Shown: one piece after another, positions 8,925 through 15,451 of the stretch
Layout of the letters: each line of letters begins with the position of its first letter
How positions within the stretch are numbered: position 1 is the first letter of the stretch
Sequence record: MT863726.1
Length of the DNA stretch: 24,000 bases
Direction: 5' to 3' (one strand)
DNA from: Campylobacter phage F368
The notes under the pieces: model-generated
Seen by the model: the letters and a program-made list of their open reading frames with translations, nothing else
Told to the model about the DNA's origin: nothing
The model's database searches: none
Program-made: the position numbers and the translations under genes

Positions 8925-9417
8925 TACCAACTCTTCTATCTAGTTCATCAAATAATGACTCACTATCATCATTTTTTATAATTTCTAATAAATTAGTACT
9001 ATTTGCTTCAATTTTTACAAATAGCTCACCATCATCTGCAACATAAGTATCAACTACTTTTACATTTTTTACTAATGACGAACTAATTTGTACTGAAACT
9101 TGGCTATTATTAGTTTTAACAATCCCTTTATTTTGGTAATATTGTTTGATCATACTATCAACTTTTGAAGATAATTTTTGGGTTAAGTTCATTTTAGCTA
9201 CTGCAATAGCTTCTGTTTGTTGTTGAATATAATTTTGACCTATATACATTGCTGAACCAACAGCTGTATTAATATCTCCATATTCTTTAACCCAACTAGG
9301 TAAATCATCATATTTTTCTAACATAGGTTTAGCAAATTGTTGTTGTGGAGTAGTTGTTGAACAACCTACAAACATTAAACCTGCAACCATAACCGCACTA
9401 CATAAAACTTTTTTCAT
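8908..9417 (-). CDS. LPP20-like secreted lipoprotein
   Basis: MKKVLCSAVMVAGLMFVGC signal peptide with lipobox; LPSWVKEYGDINTAVGSAMYIGQNYIQQQTEAIAVAKMNLTQKLSSKVDSMI resembles Helicobacter/Campylobacterota LPP20 lipoproteins. Preferred start 9417 (SD GAAAGGAAAG) rather than 9432. Confidence 0.8.
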   Translation of the reverse strand: MKKVLCSAVMVAGLMFVGCSTTTPQQQFAKPMLEKYDDLPSWVKEYGDINTAVGSAMYIGQNYIQQQTEAIAVAKMNLTQKLSSKVDSMIKQYYQNKGIVKTNNSQVSVQISSSLVKNVKVVDTYVADDGELFVKIEANSTNLLEIIKNDDSESLFDELDRRVGNVKSN

Positions 9418-9464
9418 TTTCTTTCCTTTCATTTTGTGGTTTTATATAAACCTTAATTTTCTGA

Positions 9465-9490
9465 TACCGTAATGGTACCAGAAAAACCTT
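9465..9490. promoter_or_regulatory. Imperfect inverted repeat containing TGGTACCATTACGGTATCA, related to 1681..1705, with TTAAG-N6-TTAAG box just upstream (9488..9503)
   Basis: Minus strand TTAAGTTTAATTTAAG-GTTTTTCTGG-TACCAT; shares the CGGTATCA half with the 1.7-kb site. Confidence 0.55.
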
Positions 9491-9503
9491 AAATTAAACT
9501 TAA

Positions 9504-9830
9504 TTATAATCTATATCTTTTTATTGCATTGCCCAATTCATCAAAATTACTAATGTTTATTTTTGCAAGATTAACCTTCATAATACAAGTTGAAAATTTA
9601 TCAGGTATTCCGTCTTCATTATCTGTATCTGTTACATTACCTTGTAAATCTATATCTGATTTACCAGTAGGATTGCTTAACACAATATATATGTCATTCT
9701 CATCACTATTGTTTGAAAAATATGAGCAAAACACAGTTGTGTCAGCTTCTGAAATATCATCATATTCCCAAACACCATTTTTTGAATTAGTTGATAGAAA
9801 CTCTAATGTTTCTTTAAGACTAAAATACAT
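9504..9830 (-). CDS. Hypothetical protein
   Basis: ORF with SD (AAAAGGAAAATT) and a consensus promoter upstream; no recognised domain. Confidence 0.6.
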   Translation of the reverse strand: MYFSLKETLEFLSTNSKNGVWEYDDISEADTTVFCSYFSNNSDENDIYIVLSNPTGKSDIDLQGNVTDTDNEDGIPDKFSTCIMKVNLAKINISNFDELGNAIKRYRL

Positions 9831-9859
9831 AATTTTCCTTTAAAAGTTTAATTTGAAAT

Positions 9860-9891
9860 ATTATACCATATTTATCTTAATTAATACTTAA
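9860..9891 (-). promoter_or_regulatory. Promoter TTAAG-N6-TTAAG-N10-TATAAT (TGG TATAAT)
   Basis: Minus strand TTTAAGTATTAATTAAGATAAATATGGTATAAT upstream of 9504..9830. Confidence 0.75.
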
Positions 9892-9915
9892 ATAAATAAT
9901 GTAAAAAGGTGTAAT

Positions 9916-10371
9916 ATGAACTTTAGAAATATTGCTTTAAACTCAAATATAGTTTTTAGGACATTATTATTTTCTGATGATACTCAATATTATTGTCAAA
10001 AAGTTAAATTACCTAGAATATCTTTAGAAGGACAAAAAGTAGGGCATTCAACTGGTACTTTAACATTAGGTGGTGAAGTAGCAAAATTTGATTCAATAAC
10101 ATTGACGCTGTTAGTAGATGAAAATTTAGAAGTGTGGAAAAACTTTGTCAATTTAATTAATAAGTATAATAAAGTTTCTACAAATACTGGATGTGGCATT
10201 GAAGCTACATCATGGTTAGAAATATATGATTCTAAAAATAAGTTTTTGTTTAAAGTTGAATTTTACAAAAGCAAGTTAGATGAGGTAAGTGAATTGGAAT
10301 ATTCTACAACTGATAATAATATCATAACCTTAGATATAACACTTAATTTTGATTATATGAAAATCATATAA
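9916..10371 (+). CDS. Tail tube / baseplate-type structural protein (T4 gp19-fold-like)
   Basis: YYCQKVKLPRISLEGQKVG...FDSITLTLLVDENLEVWKNFVNLI...ITLDITLNFDYMKI matches the general pattern of gp19/tube-like proteins; plus strand like other structural genes. Confidence 0.45.
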   Translation: MNFRNIALNSNIVFRTLLFSDDTQYYCQKVKLPRISLEGQKVGHSTGTLTLGGEVAKFDSITLTLLVDENLEVWKNFVNLINKYNKVSTNTGCGIEATSWLEIYDSKNKFLFKVEFYKSKLDEVSELEYSTTDNNIITLDITLNFDYMKII

Positions 10372-10653
10372 TCATTTTTTTAAATGTATAAATTCTTTAA
10401 TAAGTGACATTGCTTTATCTATACCTAAGTATGTAATTGCACCTGCTACACCTATTTTTGTAAGATATGGCAATTCTAGTGAAGTTAGAATACAATAAAT
10501 TATAGTACATAAAACAGCACTGTTAAAAATATATTTCAAAATGCATTTTATATGTTTTCCAGTACAACTATCTTCTTCATCGGACAAATAATTAGATAAG
10601 CCACAAATTAATCCAACAATAAAAATAGGACTTAGCTCCAGGAGGTAATTCAT
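10372..10653 (-). CDS. Small multi-TM protein, possible holin
   Basis: About 3 hydrophobic segments (IFIVGLICGLSNYL, FNSAVLCTIIYCIL, IGVAGAITYLGID), charged C-terminus, beside tail fibre genes. Confidence 0.4.
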   Translation of the reverse strand: MNYLLELSPIFIVGLICGLSNYLSDEEDSCTGKHIKCILKYIFNSAVLCTIIYCILTSLELPYLTKIGVAGAITYLGIDKAMSLIKEFIHLKK

Positions 10654-10835
10654 TTAAGTCCTATTAGTTCACACCATGTATAAATCACACAGAATAGAAT
10701 GTTTAACCATAATATTCTGTGTGATATTTTATAATACTTTTTGTATCTCTGTGGAATATCACAGTGATATTTGCCAATTAAAAACCATCTAAATATAAAA
10801 AAATAGTATTTTATTTTATCTGAAAAACTTTTCAT
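10650..10835 (-). CDS. Small membrane protein, unknown
   Basis: Overlaps next gene by 4 nt; hydrophobic C-terminal segment ILWLNILFCVIYTWCELIG. Confidence 0.5.
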   Translation of the reverse strand: MKSFSDKIKYYFFIFRWFLIGKYHCDIPQRYKKYYKISHRILWLNILFCVIYTWCELIGLK

Positions 10836-10838
10836 ATA

Positions 10839-11501
10839 TTATCTTTTCTTTTGTGTTGTTTTAACTGAATCATCCCATTGTATTTTTTCCAGTTCCTCAA
10901 TTGTTTTAGCTGCTTCTATTTTTGCTTTTAAAACATTGGCTTTGAAAGTAATCTCTTGTGTGTTATATGCAACCATTGAGGTAAACTTTAAAAATTCCTG
11001 TGGGTTAAAAGTTACTTTTTCATCATTTATGTCAATCCAAATGATTTCAGAAACTGAATTAGTTCCACTTTGTATATCAAGCATTAAATTAGTTACAGCT
11101 CCATTAATATTTAGTTTATCTTTTTCCCTTGTTTGAAAAGTATGACCATTATATACAATTCCATTTTCTAGAGCTTTATCTCTATTTGATTGGATCTCAT
11201 ACCTTTTCTTCTCTTTTAAGATATCTAATTTATTACTTTCCTGAGTAGTTGCTATTAAAAAATCATAATATATATCCATAATATTATTTGATATACAATA
11301 TTCTTTAATTGCTTGTTTTCCAGCCTCAATTTCTTCAGGTGTAATGTCATCAATATATTCAACCATCATGTTTTCTGAATTTTGCCTAACTGTCATAGGC
11401 CTATTTAGTAATGCTAACTCTGATCCTATATCAATTGCCCATAATATAACATTTTTGTTCAATTGACCTTGATCAGCTAGAGTTTTTTTAGATATTATCA
11501 T
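10839..11501 (-). CDS. DUF4376-domain phage tail-associated protein
   Basis: RDKALENGIVYNGHTFQTREKDKLNINGAVTNLML...IIWIDINDEKVTFNPQEFLKFTSMVA is the DUF4376 pattern. Confidence 0.7.
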   Translation of the reverse strand: MIISKKTLADQGQLNKNVILWAIDIGSELALLNRPMTVRQNSENMMVEYIDDITPEEIEAGKQAIKEYCISNNIMDIYYDFLIATTQESNKLDILKEKKRYEIQSNRDKALENGIVYNGHTFQTREKDKLNINGAVTNLMLDIQSGTNSVSEIIWIDINDEKVTFNPQEFLKFTSMVAYNTQEITFKANVLKAKIEAAKTIEELEKIQWDDSVKTTQKKR

Positions 11502-11528
11502 GTTTTATAGTTCTCCTTATTTTTATAT

Positions 11529-11536
11529 TATTTATA
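11529..11536 (-). promoter_or_regulatory. T4-type late promoter box TATAAATA
   Basis: Minus strand AATACTTATAAATAATAT; box end 28 nt from ATG 11501. Confidence 0.55.
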
Positions 11537-11547
11537 AGTATTTATTT

Positions 11548-12246
11548 TCAAACAGTTCCATTTGTAGTTGGTGTATTATAACTTATATTACAATCTATAG
11601 TATTGCCAGCAAAAGTAACACCTTGTGCTACAACTTCTGAACCATTATAAACAGCTATGCCAGTTCCACAATTTTTAATATTTACATAGGCATCTAAACA
11701 AGTATTTGATTTCCTAAATGCATATAATCCATATTCACAATTATCTAAAGTTAATCCTGGGGTAAATAAATATGAACATGCATGTCTAATACCATTATAA
11801 AAATTCTTTATAGTTAAGTTATTTTCTACATTTACATGTGATGCAAATATGGATCCATGATAATTAGTAAATGCTATACCAAAACTCCTGTTATTTGTAT
11901 TTTCAACAGTTAGATTTTTAATTACAGGGTAAATAGACATATCACCATAAAATACAGTATCATATTGTGAATTGCAATTTTTTGATATTGTAAATCCATT
12001 CCCATCAATTATTAAATTTCTAAAATCTGTCTTTGCAATGTTAATAGTATAATTAATAGTAAGACTATTTAATAATTTTAAAGTTATTGCATAATTAGGA
12101 TAATTAATATATCCTTTACAGTAATTAAGTGCGTCTAGTATGTTTGTAAAATTTCCACCATTACCTATAGTGAACTCCAAGTTATAAGCAAATTCAGGAG
12201 TATTATCTATAATATCTTTAAATGTTGTTTGTCCATATGTTTTCAT
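11548..12246 (-). CDS. Tail fibre-like / parallel beta-helix protein, paralog 4
   Basis: MKTYGQTTFKDIIDN...LEFTIGNGGNFTNILDALNYCKGYINYPNYAITLKLLNSLTI aligns with the three neighbours. Start 12246 chosen from paralog alignment and SD AAAGGAAT. Confidence 0.75.
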   Translation of the reverse strand: MKTYGQTTFKDIIDNTPEFAYNLEFTIGNGGNFTNILDALNYCKGYINYPNYAITLKLLNSLTINYTINIAKTDFRNLIIDGNGFTISKNCNSQYDTVFYGDMSIYPVIKNLTVENTNNRSFGIAFTNYHGSIFASHVNVENNLTIKNFYNGIRHACSYLFTPGLTLDNCEYGLYAFRKSNTCLDAYVNIKNCGTGIAVYNGSEVVAQGVTFAGNTIDCNISYNTPTTNGTV

Positions 12247-12248
12247 TA

Positions 12249-12304
12249 ATAATTCCTTTAAATACAAATATAAATACATTTATATTTGTATTTAAAGGAA
12301 TTAT
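12249..12304. repeat. Perfect inverted repeat, 27-bp arms with 2-nt centre, containing late-box motifs on both strands and the downstream SD
   Basis: ATAATTCCTTTAAATACAAATATAAAT-AC-ATTTATATTTGTATTTAAAGGAATTAT read directly; minus-strand TATAAATG at 12284..12277, plus-strand TATAAATA at 12269..12276. Confidence 0.9.
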
Positions 12305-12348
12305 AGTTTCAATTTCCTATATTTTATTATTTGTTGTAATTGTTTAAA

Positions 12349-12381
12349 TTTCAGTTTTAATATTATATATTAAAACTGAAA
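12349..12381. terminator. Terminator-like perfect inverted repeat between paralogs
   Basis: TTTCAGTTTTAATAT-TAT-ATATTAAAACTGAAA, 15-bp arms, located just after the 12404..13123 stop; GC-poor so terminator function is uncertain. Confidence 0.5.
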
Positions 12382-12403
12382 AATAGATTTTTGTAATTTG
12401 TAT

Positions 12404-13123
12404 TTAAGCTGAAATATATCCATTTTTAGTCCAAGTACCCACAACTTGAGACTTACCAGTTATGCTTCCTGAAAATGTTGTATTATGATTATCTATTATT
12501 CCAGAAGTTTCAACACTTTGGCTTAACGCTCCTGAATTTTGAGTAAATTTACAAGTATGACATAACAATTTGCTTCCTATAGATAATATTCCTCTTGAAA
12601 AGTATCCACTGCTACCTGCACTTAATTCACAAGTTGAATCAAATACATAAGCTTCTGAATTAGTGGATAAAACAAATGCGTTACCCAAACAATTTAATAT
12701 CCCTTTCATATCGTAAAAACAACAGAATGAATTGTTTTGTAATAAAACTGCTGTATTGATACTTTTATTATTACAATTTATTTTTAATTTATTAATATTT
12801 CCTAAGATTGAATTATACATAAAAAATCCAATATCATAGGAAGCATTATTTAATGTAATAGAATAACCATTAAAATCTATATTTAAAAATGGGGAATGTA
12901 TATTCACAATATTAATAAATTCATTTATAACTAAATCACTAATTAATTTTATAGTTATACTTTTATCACTATAATTCATATACTTATTGGCTTCATTGAT
13001 AGCAGTTTGCAAGTCTTCGAACTTGCCCCCCCCTGTTCCAACTGTCCATTCTAAATTAGAAGTTAAAAGTTTTGCAGAGTTATCAATAATATCTTTTATA
13101 CTGGAACTACCATATTCTAGCAT
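12404..13123 (-). CDS. Tail fibre-like / parallel beta-helix protein, paralog 3, with G8 tract
   Basis: MLEYGSSSIKDIIDNSAKLLTSNLEWTVGTGGGKFEDLQTAINEANKYM aligns with neighbours; SD AAAGG. Confidence 0.8.
   Translation of the reverse strand: MLEYGSSSIKDIIDNSAKLLTSNLEWTVGTGGGKFEDLQTAINEANKYMNYSDKSITIKLISDLVINEFINIVNIHSPFLNIDFNGYSITLNNASYDIGFFMYNSILGNINKLKINCNNKSINTAVLLQNNSFCCFYDMKGILNCLGNAFVLSTNSEAYVFDSTCELSAGSSGYFSRGILSIGSKLLCHTCKFTQNSGALSQSVETSGIIDNHNTTFSGSITGKSQVVGTWTKNGYISA
13026..13033 (-). repeat. Poly-G tract (G8 on coding strand)
   Basis: Plus strand cttgccccccccctg-type run; 8 C counted at 13026-13033, encoding the GGG of VGTGGGKF. Confidence 0.85.
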
Positions 13124-13136
13124 TATAAATCCTTTA

Positions 13137-13174
13137 TAAATTTTTATAGTATTTATAAATACTATAAAAATTTA
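13137..13174. repeat. 38-nt perfect palindrome centred on late promoter boxes
   Basis: TAAATTTTTATAGTATTTATAAATACTATAAAAATTTA; minus TATAAATA at 13157..13150, plus TATAAATA at 13154..13161. Confidence 0.9.
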
Positions 13175-14077
13175 AGCATGAATTATTCCATTGGCTGTAA
13201 CAGTATTGGTAGCAAATGGTAATTCATATTTACTCCATATACAATTAGTTACATTTCTACCTGTTATATTTGTATGAGCACCATTATAACATAATAATAA
13301 ATTTGCTGCTTTTGAACCTGTAAAATTAGGATATTGTAGATTCATATAAGAATTGTTATTATTTAATATATTAGCAGCAGATTTATTATTTGTAATTGAT
13401 GAATTAGTTAATGTCATTTTAGAACCATATCCACAATAATATAACCATCCATTACAGTTTTCACTACCATTATTATCTAATTTTAAATCAAATCCCGTTA
13501 ATTCACCTTGATCATTACAATATAATAATGATTGCTCTTGTGTTCCATCTAAATTGTTACCATTGTTGGTAAAGCTATATTTGGATATAACAATTTTAGA
13601 AGATAATGATAAAACTGCATTTTTATAACAATTTTTAATACCATATTTGTATGCATTAGATGTTGAAGGAACCATAGTAACAGAACTTTCTCTAAAATAC
13701 CATCCTTTTGCTTTAGTTCCTATAGCATTAACCATAATTTTAATATTAGGTGCTTTGCAACCATAAAACATAAAGATATACTTTTCGGTATCAAAATTAT
13801 TGAGCAATACTTCATCATCTTCTGATAATATATTTATATGATTTGCTAATGCATTTCTTAAGATAATTTGTTCGTTTAATTTATACCCTGATTTTAATAT
13901 AATATTTATGTTGCAATTATTTTTTACTGAAATGTATTCGAGTGCTTTTGCTAAAGCATCTGATAATTTGGAGAACCCCCCCCCCCCCCCTCCTACTGTA
14001 TAAGTTTTGCTCTCTGTTAATATTTTAACACTACCATTAATTATTTCTTTTATATTTGAATTTCCATAATTTATCAT
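13172..14077 (-). CDS. Tail fibre-like / parallel beta-helix protein, paralog 2, with G15 tract (in-frame as sequenced)
   Basis: MINYGNSNIKEIINGSVKILTESKTYTVGGGGGGFSKLSDALAKALEYISV. ORF track start 14164 is upstream; ATG 14077 with SD AAAGGAATT matches paralog starts. Confidence 0.82.
   Translation of the reverse strand: MINYGNSNIKEIINGSVKILTESKTYTVGGGGGGFSKLSDALAKALEYISVKNNCNINIILKSGYKLNEQIILRNALANHINILSEDDEVLLNNFDTEKYIFMFYGCKAPNIKIMVNAIGTKAKGWYFRESSVTMVPSTSNAYKYGIKNCYKNAVLSLSSKIVISKYSFTNNGNNLDGTQEQSLLYCNDQGELTGFDLKLDNNGSENCNGWLYYCGYGSKMTLTNSSITNNKSAANILNNNNSYMNLQYPNFTGSKAANLLLCYNGAHTNITGRNVTNCIWSKYELPFATNTVTANGIIHA
13976..13990 (-). repeat. Poly-G tract (G15 on coding strand), candidate phase-variation tract
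   Basis: 15 consecutive C at 13976-13990 on plus strand (gagaaccccc cccccccccc tcc). Confidence 0.9.
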
Positions 14078-14090
14078 TTTTAATTCCTTT

Positions 14091-15428
14091 CTAATATAAG
14101 TGTATACAACCACTAGGTGAAACAACATTTGCAGTAATATTAGTCTTATTAAAACCAGATACAACTATAGTACTACTACATGAAATTCTCCCACCATGAG
14201 AAACATATAAAGCATATGAATTACTGTTTGAAATATTTTTAAATATAGGGGTATTAAATCCTAATTCAGATGTAATATGCGAAACACCACAATTAGCAGC
14301 TACATTATTATATGTTCCATCAAATGTAACATTTCCAGCATATATTTTACTTGAATCAGCACTCCATAGTATATTTCCACTGCAAGTTTTAAATGTATTA
14401 TTTTCCCACACATTTAATATACTACCATTGTCTGCTACTACACCCGATCCAGTACAATTTTCAAATGTACTGTTTTGTATTAATCCTATACATCCAACAC
14501 TACCAACACCCCATACTGCATTATATACACCTGCATTATTAAGCTTAAAATTAGTTTGTAAGAATCCAAATGCCATCGAAAACATAGTAGGTACTGAACT
14601 AAATCTAAGTTTAAACGATATTGTTGGAGATATTCCAAATGTAAATGAAACTGCAATAGGATCTGCTGCGTATTGATTTATAAAAGCGGGATTAGGTGTC
14701 ATAGTTCCATCAAAATCAACATAATCATCTTCTGATGTTAAAACAACATGTCCTAAATTTGCATTATTGATATGAAGACTTTCAGTTAATTTATACGATG
14801 ACTTCATTGTTATAGTAATTTTATAATTTGTCACAGATATATATTTTGAAGCTTCTTGTAATGCATCTACTAAATTTGAAAATGTTCCATTTGTACCAAC
14901 AGTCCATTCAAGATTCTCTGTTAATAGTTTAGGTAAACTACTTAAACTTAATTGACTGCTTTTTGTTTTTGAATAAATTATCTTTTTTATAGGAATTGTA
15001 TCATTATCAGTATATATTACTACATTATTATTTTTAATAATGTAGTCAAAAGGTACTGCATCTATTGATGAGTTTGCAGTATTTTCTATATATAATCCCA
15101 GAACTTGAATTATTGTATCAGGTTCAATTGCTATTTTGAACATTTTTTTACCTTTACTGATATTATCAGTTGTGGTAAATTCTGGATCATTTATTACTTT
15201 GATATTACTATCAACTACACCTAAATTGCCATCACTTGATAATGATACAATACTATTATTAAGAATTGCTTCATTTACAGTTGATGTAGCTGTCAATCCA
15301 CCTTCTTGTTTTTTTAAATATAATTTATTTTCACTTTTTAGCAATATTATTTTATTTACAGGTACTTTATCAATACCAGTTTGTGAATCATTTACAAATG
15401 ACCATACATTATCTATACCATATGCCAT
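14091..15428 (-). CDS. Tail fibre protein with N-terminal anchor-like domain plus beta-helix-type domain, paralog 1
   Basis: N-terminal 160-170 aa absent from the paralogs, followed by LPKLLTENLEWTVGTNGTFSNLVDALQEASKYISVTNYKITITMKSSYKLTESLHI. Confidence 0.75.
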   Translation of the reverse strand: MAYGIDNVWSFVNDSQTGIDKVPVNKIILLKSENKLYLKKQEGGLTATSTVNEAILNNSIVSLSSDGNLGVVDSNIKVINDPEFTTTDNISKGKKMFKIAIEPDTIIQVLGLYIENTANSSIDAVPFDYIIKNNNVVIYTDNDTIPIKKIIYSKTKSSQLSLSSLPKLLTENLEWTVGTNGTFSNLVDALQEASKYISVTNYKITITMKSSYKLTESLHINNANLGHVVLTSEDDYVDFDGTMTPNPAFINQYAADPIAVSFTFGISPTISFKLRFSSVPTMFSMAFGFLQTNFKLNNAGVYNAVWGVGSVGCIGLIQNSTFENCTGSGVVADNGSILNVWENNTFKTCSGNILWSADSSKIYAGNVTFDGTYNNVAANCGVSHITSELGFNTPIFKNISNSNSYALYVSHGGRISCSSTIVVSGFNKTNITANVVSPSGCIHLY

Positions 15429-15451
15429 TTAACTGATCTCCCTTTTTAACA

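Noticed and set aside
12404-14077. Possibility that the G15 and G8 tracts are just sequencing errors
   Set aside because: Both leave the frame intact, occur at homologous codons and are far longer than expected in about 25% GC DNA. Exact length still needs raw-read confirmation.
11550-15400. Diversity-generating retroelement as explanation of the variable fibre genes
   Set aside because: No reverse transcriptase or template/variable repeat pair seen; variation source is better explained by poly-G tracts and paralog recombination.
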